A stretch of 64,000 nucleotides of DNA from a virus (taxonomy: Duplodnaviria; Caudoviricetes): IMG/VR virus record IMGVR_UViG_3300021978_000001, positions 256,001 to 320,000 of that record. One strand, 5' to 3'. Below are positions 46,959 to 56,349 of this stretch, piece after piece. A program made the translations under genes and the position numbers. Every line of letters starts with the position of its first letter. Positions within the stretch are counted from its first letter, which is position 1. The notes beneath the pieces are model-generated. The model made no database searches and was not told where the DNA came from. It worked only from the letters and a program-made list of their open reading frames with translations.

Positions 46959-47228
46959 ATGAAACTCAACAAAACAGAACAACAGCTCCTCGATGAGCTT
47001 CGTGGCCGCGAGAGTGTGCAAGTGCTCGCGCTGGAGTGGTGGGGTACGTCCAAGGGTTCCCAGGGCAAGCGCATGGAAAAGGCTGCTCGTGCGCTCGTGT
47101 CAAAAGGCTTGGCGCGTGTCCTCGAAGAATACCCGAAGCATACCTGGACTGACAGAGGCGCACGAGGGCGTTGCTCGCATTACATGGAATGGGGATGCCG
47201 TCTGGAAGCGGTGGAGGTGGAGTCGTGA
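46959..47228 (+). CDS. hypothetical protein
   Basis: 89 aa, SD aaggagg. Confidence 0.75.
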   Translation: MKLNKTEQQLLDELRGRESVQVLALEWWGTSKGSQGKRMEKAARALVSKGLARVLEEYPKHTWTDRGARGRCSHYMEWGCRLEAVEVES

Positions 47229-47737
47229 TCAGCTATCGCATGAGTCAGATTGGAGAAGCGCTACCGCAGACGCATAGCTACCACGGCCCCTCTTGTGGGT
47301 ACAACATCTTTACAGGTGAACCTGATCCCTGGGAGGTATCCGAAGGCGCGCAGGTCTGGCGTGTAGCCTGGAACATTGCAGAATGTGCTCTGGGCTTCGA
47401 GATGGATGGCACCTATGGTCCAGGGGACGGGTACATGCATATCCTCATCATCGAATCCGACTACATCCACCCGACCCAACCGTGGGATTGCGTCAAGCCT
47501 GATGATGTCCAGGCATTGTACAGCGTGCCGACCGTTGCCTTTGTCGAATACGTCGAACATCTCTTGAGCGCAGCGGGTGTTATGCGCGATGAACCGGAGA
47601 ACTGTACGGCATACCTGGAAGAGCACGAGGACGTGCTTGCGTCCTGGTTGCACCAACATATGGTACCTGTGCCCGTGCGCTGGGTCGATACGTTGACGAA
47701 AGCCGCAGGAGCAGCGCAGATCAGGGTCCTTCCCTGA
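47225..47737 (+). CDS. hypothetical protein
   Basis: GTG overlapping the upstream stop, behind ggagg. Confidence 0.65.
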   Translation: MISYRMSQIGEALPQTHSYHGPSCGYNIFTGEPDPWEVSEGAQVWRVAWNIAECALGFEMDGTYGPGDGYMHILIIESDYIHPTQPWDCVKPDDVQALYSVPTVAFVEYVEHLLSAAGVMRDEPENCTAYLEEHEDVLASWLHQHMVPVPVRWVDTLTKAAGAAQIRVLP

Positions 47738-47754
47738 AAAAATCGCACTTTGCT

Positions 47755-47783
47755 TTTACGCCCCCTGCACCTTATGGTAACAA
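47755..47783 (+). promoter_or_regulatory. conserved phage promoter P10
   Basis: TTTACG-N12-TATGG-TAACAA, then TAGGTGTACG. Confidence 0.8.
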
Positions 47784-47828
47784 TAGGTGTACGAACAAGA
47801 CGACAACACAAAAGGCAAGGTGAGAGAC

Positions 47829-48644
47829 ATGACGAATTTCAAGAAAGATCAGCAAGTACGTTTCGGACGCAATAACGGACAACAAACGCTCGGCGTGATC
47901 GTGAAGGTGAATCGCACCACGGTCAAGGTGCGCCAACTCGAAGCGCGCGGTGTTCACAAGAACCACCCTATCGGGTCGGTCTGGAAAGTACCAAAGAGCC
48001 TGTGTACGCCTGTGGAGGCGGTGGAGAGCGCCAAAGCGGTCACCTCCAAGCCCACGATCAAGAGCACCCGCGTGGTCAAGAGCCGCAAGGATGTGGCCCT
48101 GGAGAGTCAGGAAAAGCTCGTCAATGCTTGTGACTTGAAGACGGTCCCAGGCTACCTCAAGGATTCGGCGCGCTACCTCGATGGCCATAGCCTCGACCGC
48201 TTCGGTCGCGAGATGGATTCCAGGCGCCAGAAGCTCTATGATGCAGAGCGTTTCGTGGACAAGGGAGACAGCTTCAAGACCATCGCGCAGTGTCAGCGCT
48301 ACATCGACCGCCTCACGAGCCTCCAGTGGTTCGTCCGTCGCTTCGGCAAGATGAACGTGAAGGTCGAAGCGACACAAGGCTTCCGCAAGTCCTACTGTCG
48401 CGGCAAAGGCGATGGCGCGTTGATTCGCATCCTCCCTGTCCACCAGAACCAACGCATCCTGATTCACGAACTCACCCATGCCCTGGTCCCCGCACCGCAC
48501 GCCAGTCACGGTCGCCTCTTCTGTCGAATCTACGCGGAGCTTGTACGCTTCGAGCTTGGAGAGGCAGCGTACAAAGACCTCATCGCGGAGTACCGCAAGC
48601 AGAACGTCAAGTACACCCCTCACAGGGAGCTTCAAGTCAAATGA
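47829..48644 (+). CDS. SH3-like domain fused to SprT-like HExxH metallopeptidase
   Basis: GVIVKVNRTTVKV...WKVP; ILIHELTH...HGRLF. Confidence 0.75.
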   Translation: MTNFKKDQQVRFGRNNGQQTLGVIVKVNRTTVKVRQLEARGVHKNHPIGSVWKVPKSLCTPVEAVESAKAVTSKPTIKSTRVVKSRKDVALESQEKLVNACDLKTVPGYLKDSARYLDGHSLDRFGREMDSRRQKLYDAERFVDKGDSFKTIAQCQRYIDRLTSLQWFVRRFGKMNVKVEATQGFRKSYCRGKGDGALIRILPVHQNQRILIHELTHALVPAPHASHGRLFCRIYAELVRFELGEAAYKDLIAEYRKQNVKYTPHRELQVK

Positions 48645-48970
48645 TTCGAGCACTTTACCAGAAGTTGCGCTGTAAGTGTGGAGAGCATGCTTACAGCGCT
48701 TTTTGCAATGTCCTGGCTTTCCCGGGCGTCCAGGTGCGCGTGTGCGCGCATTGTGGGCTTCATAACGCTCAACTCAATTTCGGAAGCGCTGGAGGCTACT
48801 GGCGAGATGAGGAGATTGATATGTTGGAGATATACGAACTCAAGTGCTGGTTGATGTCTGGCTCGGAGCGTGATAGCTTTACACCCGAAGAATGGGAAGA
48901 TGCGTGCGCCATCCTTCGAGTGATGCACTCACGTTACAAGACACGCCAGAGACTTCGAGAGCTACCGTGA
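48641..48970 (+). CDS. hypothetical zinc-binding protein
   Basis: ATG 48641 overlap; CKCG...CAHCG. Confidence 0.65.
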   Translation: MIRALYQKLRCKCGEHAYSAFCNVLAFPGVQVRVCAHCGLHNAQLNFGSAGGYWRDEEIDMLEIYELKCWLMSGSERDSFTPEEWEDACAILRVMHSRYKTRQRLRELP

Positions 48971-49695
48971 GCCTTGACACGAGCCGTGTACTGATTTTGG
49001 GAGACATTCACGCAGATTGGGAGACCGCCAACATCCTCCTCGACCATATCCCGCGCACCGAGTATGACGAGATCATTCAGGTCGGGGATATGGGTGCCTG
49101 GATCGGTTACATCGCGCCCTGGATGCGTTCATTCGATTGTCGCACGCGTTGGGTCGATGGGAATCACGAACATCATCCCAGGATCTTGAAGCGTGATCAG
49201 CACTTCGGGGAGACGGCAGATACCCACTGGGTGCCGATGTGGCAAGCGTTCTTCGAGCAATGGGAGTACAAACCTCGGGGACACATCGAAGAGGGCATCC
49301 TGTTCATTGGTGGCGCGCGCTCCATTGATAAGCACGTGCGTATCAAAGGGCGGGACTGGTTCCCCGAGGAAAACATCCTGGCATCTCAACGCGAGTTCAT
49401 TCGATCCAACATCGCAGCTTACGGACCCGAGAACATCCACACGGTGATCGCGCATGATTGCCCCGAGTCCTTTCCCGTGCTCGATGCTGTGATCGCGCGC
49501 AATGGCGGCGCGGTGCTGGGCTATGATCCTAACCGTCCTTTCCTCCAGGAGATCTTCGAGGAAGTCAAACCCGAGCGCTGGTACTTCGGGCACTACCATA
49601 TCCCCTGGAAAGCCACGGTCAAAGGATGCGAAGCGCGTTGCGTATCGCTGGTGAATGACTGGGATTATGCCATCGTGGAGTTACCATGCTCGTGA
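48967..49695 (+). CDS. calcineurin-like metallophosphoesterase
   Basis: GDIH, QVGDMG, DGNHE, AHDCP, FGHYH. Confidence 0.9.
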   Translation: MSLDTSRVLILGDIHADWETANILLDHIPRTEYDEIIQVGDMGAWIGYIAPWMRSFDCRTRWVDGNHEHHPRILKRDQHFGETADTHWVPMWQAFFEQWEYKPRGHIEEGILFIGGARSIDKHVRIKGRDWFPEENILASQREFIRSNIAAYGPENIHTVIAHDCPESFPVLDAVIARNGGAVLGYDPNRPFLQEIFEEVKPERWYFGHYHIPWKATVKGCEARCVSLVNDWDYAIVELPCS

Positions 49696-50048
49696 ATCTC
49701 TTCCAACCCGTAGACTTCGAGCACGCGGTCGCGCTTCTGACCTTGCGTTTCGAGCAACTCGGGCACCTCGACGCCTTTCGTGAGATGTCACGTTCCGAGG
49801 CGATCGGTCATTCAGGTGGACGCACGATTCGTAATCTGTGGGGTCTCTGGCGCGACGGTAGCCCGTTGCGTGATCAAATGGTCGCGCAGTTCAAGCTCAC
49901 GCATGCGGATGACTTGAGCTTGCTTATTTTCGGTGCGTGCTGGGATGATGCTCAAGGGGTCCCCAGGCAGACCGAGCAAGACGTGCAAACCTGCGTCGAG
50001 CATTGGAAGACCATGGGCGTACCCCTGGAAGATTACTATCTTGTATAG
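49686..50048 (+). CDS. DUF6794-like protein
   Basis: GRTIRNLWGLW...HADDLS. Confidence 0.6.
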   Translation: MLVNLFQPVDFEHAVALLTLRFEQLGHLDAFREMSRSEAIGHSGGRTIRNLWGLWRDGSPLRDQMVAQFKLTHADDLSLLIFGACWDDAQGVPRQTEQDVQTCVEHWKTMGVPLEDYYLV

Positions 50049-50725
50049 ACGGCGTGGCCACTTTCCATGACTTCGGCCTCTGGCGCCGTGCTTGTGATCC
50101 AGGCGTGATACAAAGCTGACGCTCGCGCGCGCTGACGTGAACCTCCTTGCGGGGATTCTCCTGCACCCACAGCTTCCATATCTTCTTGTGAATACATGCC
50201 TGTTTTGCGCACGTGGTACTGATTGTGGTGTCTCGGGGCACTGTAGGCAGGCTTGCTCGCGGCGTCATCGAAACACGTTGCGATGCTGTACAAGTCACGG
50301 TGAGTTACGGGGATCTCCCAATGGCTCGTTTGATGTTCGTGATCCATACGCTTGACGTACACCAGGAAGGCTTGCCCTATCTCCCAGCCGATCGTGATCA
50401 CTCGTTCGGGATCACGGGTGTTTACCAACTCGATAGAGTCCCTGAGCGTACCCAGTTCTTCGAGACCCGGTATCGTGCGTCCGAACGCACCATTGAGGGG
50501 TTCCTTGGGCTGGAAGAATGCGTGTACGAAAAGCCAACGTAACTCAGGCAAGGCGCTGGGCTCGATCTCGAACCGTTCCTCGACCCGGGCCTTTCCCAGG
50601 TGGTTATATTGCAGATGAAAGCAAGGCCCCTGGCCGTTATCACATATACGCCACGACATGCCGCCATTATTGACGTGGAGGTAACATCCCCCTTCCTGGC
50701 TTCCCGCGTTCACTTTCGATTCCAT
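50036..50725 (-). CDS. hypothetical protein
   Basis: ATG 50725 behind aaggag. Confidence 0.65.
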   Translation of the reverse strand: MESKVNAGSQEGGCYLHVNNGGMSWRICDNGQGPCFHLQYNHLGKARVEERFEIEPSALPELRWLFVHAFFQPKEPLNGAFGRTIPGLEELGTLRDSIELVNTRDPERVITIGWEIGQAFLVYVKRMDHEHQTSHWEIPVTHRDLYSIATCFDDAASKPAYSAPRHHNQYHVRKTGMYSQEDMEAVGAGESPQGGSRQRARASALYHAWITSTAPEAEVMESGHAVYTR

Positions 50726-50752
50726 GTCTGCTCCTTTTTTTCTGTCATTACT

Positions 50753-50781
50753 TTTACGGTCCCGCTCTCTTATGGTATAAG
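50753..50781 (+). promoter_or_regulatory. conserved phage promoter P11
   Basis: TTTACG-N12-TATGG-TATAAG. Confidence 0.8.
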
Positions 50782-50814
50782 ACCCTTGAGTCATTGTAGC
50801 ATGGAGGTTTTGGT

Positions 50815-52197
50815 ATGGCAAAGAAACGACGCAAGATGATGATGACGCCCGAGCGCTTTCGTGTGCTCTTTGGTAGAGCGCTCTCCCGTAGTATGGAGAT
50901 GTGCTTGCGCGCAGATCATCCCATGGACCCGGAGGCGCTCCAGGTGATGGCGGTGACCTCGTTGGTGCCCGCTCTGGAGGGCGCTAACCTGTATCCCACG
51001 ACCCTCTGGGGGAGTGAGTATGGTGACGTGATCAAGGAAGAGGTGCGCGCGTGGCTTCATATGATGTCTTACCCCATGGGTGAGGATGAGCTTCGCCTGG
51101 ATGAGCCCTTCGAGGGCTACGCCACGGGGCTCGAATGGGCAGCACACACGCTCGTGCTCAATGACCTGACGCGTCCCGAATGGATGCCACAACATGAGAG
51201 CGGTAGCGAAGTCGCGCGTGCATCGAATGTGATGTTTCTCGTGGGGCAGCTTATTTTTTTCGTGTCTGTGGCCATCGAACTCGCATGCTCCCTGGTGTAT
51301 CCGGGCGTGCGACGCCAGACGCCTGGACTCAAAGAAGAGGCGTTGCACTTCCTGACGTGTTGTCAAGCGCGCTTCATGGCTTCGCCTCAACTCTTGCTGT
51401 CACTGAGCGATGATCCTCTCGTCAGGCTCGCGTGCACGATGAACATGCCTATCGAGTCGATGGGGGATGTGGACGGCGCGACCGAGCGTTCTCTCATCAA
51501 GACCATCACAGGATTGATGGATACAGGCAACAATGCGTTCTGCTTCGACGCTGAGACCACGGATGTGTTCAAGCAGACCGATGTCATGGGCTTGCCTCTC
51601 GAAGACATCAAGATGCCGTACAGCTCGTTTCAAATCCATACGCCGGATGATGAGGTGTTCTTCTCGTGTTATGACCTCCCTGATGGGGCGAGCATCTGGC
51701 AAGTGCATGTTTTTGACAAGAGCTGTGTGACCTTGCGTTGGCTCCCCGAGTACAAGACGCTCGGGGACGCGTGGGAGGCGTTGATTCCTATCTATGGGCA
51801 GATGAACCTTGATGAAGAGGTTTCGGAGCCCGCGCTGCGCGCCATGCATCTTATCGTGAACCTTGCTCTCTACTTGACTACAACGGCCCCTGTGGTCAAA
51901 ACTAAGGGTAGGGTGTCGCGCAAGACATCGCGGGGAGCTTCGACCTCACGTCGCAAAGGACGCGAGGAGCTGGTCACCCTGACTTCACTCAAGCGAAGCG
52001 TCGAGCCTGTTGTGGCTTACGCCAGCGGAGTGAACCGAGGAACACCCAACGCGCACTGGGTGCGAGGACACTGGCGCGCGCAGCCTGTAGGCAAGCGTGG
52101 TTCGGGCCAGACCAAGCGCATCTGGATTCAACCCTACTTGCGAGGTGAAGGGGATCTCCCTGAGACGCGTAAGTACACCGACGTCAAAGAGGCATGA
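50815..52197 (+). CDS. phage hypothetical protein with C-terminal HWVRGHWR motif
   Basis: PNAHWVRGHWRAQP...RIWIQPYLRG basic tail. Confidence 0.8.
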   Translation: MAKKRRKMMMTPERFRVLFGRALSRSMEMCLRADHPMDPEALQVMAVTSLVPALEGANLYPTTLWGSEYGDVIKEEVRAWLHMMSYPMGEDELRLDEPFEGYATGLEWAAHTLVLNDLTRPEWMPQHESGSEVARASNVMFLVGQLIFFVSVAIELACSLVYPGVRRQTPGLKEEALHFLTCCQARFMASPQLLLSLSDDPLVRLACTMNMPIESMGDVDGATERSLIKTITGLMDTGNNAFCFDAETTDVFKQTDVMGLPLEDIKMPYSSFQIHTPDDEVFFSCYDLPDGASIWQVHVFDKSCVTLRWLPEYKTLGDAWEALIPIYGQMNLDEEVSEPALRAMHLIVNLALYLTTTAPVVKTKGRVSRKTSRGASTSRRKGREELVTLTSLKRSVEPVVAYASGVNRGTPNAHWVRGHWRAQPVGKRGSGQTKRIWIQPYLRGEGDLPETRKYTDVKEA

Positions 52198-52210
52198 CGC
52201 AGGAGACATC

Positions 52211-52573
52211 ATGGTCGAGCAACTGGAATTGGAGCTGGAGATCTGCGAGGAAGAGCTAGACCTCGACTTCAACGCGCTCACTGCTTCTCTGAACGCGTCA
52301 GGTGTTCAAGTGGTAGGACAAGCTCCCTGTCGTTACGCGACCGTGCTTGTCGAGGTCCACTTTGAGTTTCACACTCCGGCGCCCGGTCAAGTCCGGTGCG
52401 TCGTGCTCGATTTGCAACGCGAGGGTGCCTCTTTATTGGCGCTCGGAAGTTGGAATGCGTGGGGCTTTTCAGACGTGGTGGCGTTGCCCTGGCTCAACGC
52501 ATGGGGCCAGCTTTTCGACTTGCAACGTGAGGAGATTCGCGCGCGTGTCCAGGATCACTACCTGTCTTGCTAA
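52211..52573 (+). CDS. hypothetical protein
   Basis: ATG 52211 behind aggag. Confidence 0.65.
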   Translation: MVEQLELELEICEEELDLDFNALTASLNASGVQVVGQAPCRYATVLVEVHFEFHTPAPGQVRCVVLDLQREGASLLALGSWNAWGFSDVVALPWLNAWGQLFDLQREEIRARVQDHYLSC

Positions 52574-52579
52574 GTAGGT

Positions 52580-53173
52580 TCAGATCTCGAAGCGACCACC
52601 GAGCGCCTCTGCTTTCAACGCGAGTCGATCCATGAGACGAAGGTTGTTTGCCAGGTAAGAGGTGCTCATGCGTCCGTTGCTGTGCGAGATACGGCACCGG
52701 ACGTGTTCGTGCTGAGAAGCCCACTTCAAGAAATCATCGAAGCGTGGAGGTTCCTGGAAGGTCTTGATGTGGGGGTGTCTCGATTGTCTTCCGTAGATCT
52801 CCAACGCTGTGATATGCAGGTAGGGTCGGTCGAGCGTGATCGCACACTTCGCGCGCCATTCTCTCCCATGCATTTCGCCCGAGATCGAACTGCGCATAGC
52901 CAGACGCTCTACAAGCTCCTCTGCGGTCTCTGTAGGCGCCGTCGTGCATTGCCACACCCCTTTCCCTCGCGTCCACATTTCGCGGCTCTCGAAGTCTTCC
53001 AGGGCGCCCTCGCTCCCATCCTCGAATGGAAACGTGAACCCGTCGAGAATGGTCGTGTCAGAGGGCCAGGGATAGCCTTGCTTCCCCACCACATAGGCTG
53101 ATCGGCTGCGGTGATCACGCGGTGTGTGTCGAGCCAGGTAACGTTGTGCGACTGTGCGAGCTATCTTGTTCAC
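52580..53173 (-). CDS. hypothetical protein with N-terminal KIARTVAQRY motif
   Basis: GTG behind ggagg; upstream GTTTATAGAG. Confidence 0.7.
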   Translation of the reverse strand: MNKIARTVAQRYLARHTPRDHRSRSAYVVGKQGYPWPSDTTILDGFTFPFEDGSEGALEDFESREMWTRGKGVWQCTTAPTETAEELVERLAMRSSISGEMHGREWRAKCAITLDRPYLHITALEIYGRQSRHPHIKTFQEPPRFDDFLKWASQHEHVRCRISHSNGRMSTSYLANNLRLMDRLALKAEALGGRFEI

Positions 53174-53214
53174 GGGTACCTCCTGACTTACAGGGCTCTA
53201 TAAACGAATTAGTC

Positions 53215-53243
53215 TTGACGCCTTGCCTATAGTGTAGTACCAA
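53215..53243 (+). promoter_or_regulatory. conserved phage promoter P12
   Basis: TTGACG-N12-TGTAG-TACCAA. Confidence 0.65.
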
Positions 53244-53279
53244 GAGGAGAGCTGACCCTTAAACTGATGGAGGCTTATC

Positions 53280-53762
53280 ATGGGCATGGCAGCATATCGT
53301 AGATTATACACACCCCCGAACTGGGAACTCGAAGAGGGCACGCCTGAACAGCGTGAGTTGCGAGACAAGGCCAGGGCCTTGGGGTTGGATCTCAAAGGGC
53401 TCAAACCCCTCAAGGGTGCGCTTTGGGCCTATTCCAATAACACCTTGTCGCTTGGCTCGAACAAGTACCCCTTCTATGTGTCCAAGCATCAAGAGAAGCG
53501 CCCCGAGCCCTTTCGCGCGTTGGGGTACACCATGTGGGAGACGGAAGAACGCTACACGTTTTACGATGATGGGGAGACGCTCAGGAGCTTGAGCGAGTCC
53601 TTCCCTGGCCATCTTTTCATCCTGGAGACGCTCGACGAAGAGGGTGGACGCTACGTGGTGTATGCGCGTGACGGTCAAAGCGAAGTCGTGGCTGTGGAGA
53701 TGGCTTTCCCCTCGTCCACGCTTTGTGATACGATTGACCGGGCCTGGAAGCCCAGTCTTTAG
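53280..53762 (+). CDS. hypothetical protein, paralog of 53799..54284
   Basis: YTPPNW...TPEQREL...LGLDL shared with the next gene. Confidence 0.75.
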   Translation: MGMAAYRRLYTPPNWELEEGTPEQRELRDKARALGLDLKGLKPLKGALWAYSNNTLSLGSNKYPFYVSKHQEKRPEPFRALGYTMWETEERYTFYDDGETLRSLSESFPGHLFILETLDEEGGRYVVYARDGQSEVVAVEMAFPSSTLCDTIDRAWKPSL

Positions 53763-53798
53763 GTGTTATCAACGTCTTGTTTCGTATAAGGAGCGCTC

Positions 53799-54284
53799 AT
53801 GGGATACTACAGTCACTTTACGTTCTACATGCCCCCGGGTTGGGAGCCCGTCATGCTCACGCCTGAACAGCGTCAGTTGGCGCAAGAAGCGAAACGTCTC
53901 GGGCTCGACCTCGCGCATGACGAGGCGATCGGCGGGGAGCTTTGGAGTTTTGACCCGGCGGAAGAAGTTTTCCGCTTCGGAGGGTACGAGTTCTGGGAAC
54001 ATCGTCGGGGCTTTGATGAGAAGCTCAAGGCGCAAGGTTGGAGGTGTTGGTCTGCTGATGAACGGTTCAAGTTCTATCAGCACAAGAAAGCCTTCCTGGA
54101 GATGTCCAGGCACTACCGGGACCAGCTCATCATCGAAGAGGCGCTCACCGAAGAAAGCGGACGCTTCGTCAATTACTACTACAACGGGACGTGTGAGAGC
54201 TTCGTCGTCAAGATGACCTATCCTGTGCCTGAAAAGCTGGGCGTCGAGGGGGTTAACCTGGTGCCCTGGGAACCGTACAGGTGA
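53799..54284 (+). CDS. hypothetical protein, paralog of 53280..53762
   Basis: YMPPGW...TPEQRQL...LGLDL. Confidence 0.75.
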   Translation: MGYYSHFTFYMPPGWEPVMLTPEQRQLAQEAKRLGLDLAHDEAIGGELWSFDPAEEVFRFGGYEFWEHRRGFDEKLKAQGWRCWSADERFKFYQHKKAFLEMSRHYRDQLIIEEALTEESGRFVNYYYNGTCESFVVKMTYPVPEKLGVEGVNLVPWEPYR

Positions 54285-54324
54285 CAAGAGTCACGGGTAC
54301 GAGACTCAAGATAACGAGAAGACC

Positions 54325-54495
54325 ATGATCTTGTACATATGTATCGGAGGCATCTGCTGTGTAGGCATCGCGCTCGCGACGCTCATTGCGTATGACCTGG
54401 GCAACAAGAAAGGTTATGCGGCAGGATATAGCCGTGGACTCGACCATGCGCAGGTCATCGCGAGCGCCATGACGCGAGCGCGGGATAACAAGTGA
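54325..54495 (+). CDS. small membrane protein (56 aa, not in ORF track)
   Basis: Manual translation MILYICIGSICCVGIALATLIAYDLGNKKGYAAGY... Confidence 0.6.
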   Translation: MILYICIGGICCVGIALATLIAYDLGNKKGYAAGYSRGLDHAQVIASAMTRARDNK

Positions 54496-54701
54496 CTCCG
54501 GGGATTTCGGAAATGCTCATACACATCTTCGTACTTGTGGTGCTATGTGTTTGGGCTATGACGCTGTGGCGCGCCTACCGCTGGGGCTACAGGAAAGGGC
54601 GGATCGAACAACAAGACCGTGAGCTAAGACGGCGCAAGAGAGAACTCGAACGCTTGATTGACATGGTGCAACGTTTTCTTGTGACAGGAGAAGAGGAATG
54701 A
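54492..54701 (+). CDS. small membrane protein with coiled-coil tail
   Basis: IFVLVVLCVWAMTLW; start may be ATG 54513. Confidence 0.6.
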   Translation: MTPGISEMLIHIFVLVVLCVWAMTLWRAYRWGYRKGRIEQQDRELRRRKRELERLIDMVQRFLVTGEEE

Positions 54702-55027
54702 CAGATATACTCGTGCGTGTCCCGAAAAGAGAGGTCGAGCACTTCTGGGAACCGATTGGACCTGACCGTGTGGCATGGTGGACGCTTTCGCGCGCCCCCA
54801 AGGATTGCGGTGTGGGAGATACGATTTGGTTTCAGATCGAGGATGAGGTGGTCGCCAGCGCCAAGGTGACGTTCGTGGATACGGAAGAGCGGGAGTGTGA
54901 CTCCACAGGTCGCGCGTGGAACGGTGTGCACCTGGGCTGGGAGGGTGGCACCTTGAAAAAGCTCGATAAGCCGCGCACAGGTGAGAAGCTCACGCGCGGC
55001 TTCATGTACTACAACACGGACAAGTGA
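54698..55027 (+). CDS. PUA-fold (ASCH/EVE-like) domain protein
   Basis: GDTIWF...VVASAKV...RGFMY pattern. Confidence 0.55.
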   Translation: MTDILVRVPKREVEHFWEPIGPDRVAWWTLSRAPKDCGVGDTIWFQIEDEVVASAKVTFVDTEERECDSTGRAWNGVHLGWEGGTLKKLDKPRTGEKLTRGFMYYNTDK

Positions 55028-55212
55028 TGCACAGTTTCATTGCCCTGGATTGGATCGCCATAGGCTTTCTTGTTGCCGCCACGCTACAGATCTCGAACAG
55101 CGTGAGACTCATCGCAAAAGCGCTCGGCATCTCGGAGACCTTACATAGGCTCACGTATGATCGTGAGCGCGAGCACTTGAGTCTCACAGACGGCACAGAC
55201 GGTACACCGTAA
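55024..55212 (+). CDS. small membrane protein
   Basis: FIALDWIAIGFLVAATL. Confidence 0.55.
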   Translation: MMHSFIALDWIAIGFLVAATLQISNSVRLIAKALGISETLHRLTYDREREHLSLTDGTDGTP

Positions 55213-55223
55213 GGAGAAGCTCG

Positions 55224-55430
55224 ATGGAACTAATACTGCTTATCATCACCCTCACGGGTGCTATCACCGTCATCATGTTTGTCGTGCTCGTGGTCGCGCT
55301 GATTCGCGCGATGCTCACGGCTAACATCGAGTTTGCCCCTCCCTCAGAAGGGGAGGTTGCGCGCGCTCGCGCGTTGGAAGAGAAGCGCCGCAAGTTTCAA
55401 GAGGGGTCTGGTATCTCGGATGGCTCGTGA
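55224..55430 (+). CDS. small membrane protein
   Basis: Long hydrophobic N-terminus; SD aaggag. Confidence 0.65.
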   Translation: MELILLIITLTGAITVIMFVVLVVALIRAMLTANIEFAPPSEGEVARARALEEKRRKFQEGSGISDGS

Positions 55431-55750
55431 GAGTATCCGGGATGCACGACGCTGACATCCAGGTAGCCACCACCGCCATGGTAGTGGATGCCCCAGGCTC
55501 TTCGACCGTGTGGTTTTAGCTCGGGACCGTCGAGCCACACAGACTCATCCTGCAACGCATCCTTGAATGCCTCTACAAGCTCCGTAGGGCTCGATGCCTC
55601 TTCGGTCCAGGCCATGGCGAGGAAATCAGCGTCCTTCCCGAGAGAGCCGTGCAGCGCGAGCGCATAACCGTGTTGACGCGCCACGTAGATCAAGCGCGCG
55701 TACATCCACACGTAGGTGGGAGAGTTGGCCTTGGGTTTCTTCTCGGTCAC
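55397..55750 (-). CDS. minimal nucleotidyltransferase-like protein
   Basis: ALHGSLGKDADF resembles the GS...DxD motif. Confidence 0.55.
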   Translation of the reverse strand: MTEKKPKANSPTYVWMYARLIYVARQHGYALALHGSLGKDADFLAMAWTEEASSPTELVEAFKDALQDESVWLDGPELKPHGRRAWGIHYHGGGGYLDVSVVHPGYSHEPSEIPDPS

Positions 55751-55777
55751 GCTGAACTCCTATACTGCACGCTCGGG

Positions 55778-56344
55778 TCAATCGTTCAAGTGACGTGTCA
55801 GCCTGAGCAGGTGTGCGATGGGTTTTGTGATCAGATCTGCACGACGCGCCATGCGGTTGATCCGGTTGCTCTCCTGGGGAGAGAGTTTGTATTGTACCTT
55901 GATTGGCACTTCCAGGTCACGCTCCATTGTTCCTACGTGAGATGCCACGCTGACATCCATTGTGATGGTCCCCTCATAGGTGAGCAGATCACGCCCGATC
56001 TGGCGCGTGTTCAGCTTGAGCCTCACGGGTGTCCTCGGGTAGTAGAACTCACCCTCCATCATCTCTTCGAGCGCGTCCAGGGTATCTCCAGGGAAGCTGC
56101 GGTCCACACGCGTGTAGGATTCGAGCGCCTGTTGCATGATCCTTTTCGCGGCGGGGATGTCCACCTTGACGCTCAGGTTGCCTTTTGCTTCCCAGACCTC
56201 GGGCGCGCCATTGGTAAGGATGCGCGTGATCGTCGGTGGGATTCTCGGGGAGGTCTTGAGGTTGAGATCACGTTCGAGCACGACCCCAAAGAGCCTGACA
56301 GGGGCCTCTGCTTCAGTGACGTCTATGGTAAGGATATACTGCAT
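55778..56344 (-). CDS. hypothetical protein
   Basis: ATG 56344 just after the upstream stop, behind gagg. Confidence 0.7.
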   Translation of the reverse strand: MQYILTIDVTEAEAPVRLFGVVLERDLNLKTSPRIPPTITRILTNGAPEVWEAKGNLSVKVDIPAAKRIMQQALESYTRVDRSFPGDTLDALEEMMEGEFYYPRTPVRLKLNTRQIGRDLLTYEGTITMDVSVASHVGTMERDLEVPIKVQYKLSPQESNRINRMARRADLITKPIAHLLRLTRHLND

Positions 56345-56349
56345 GAGGC

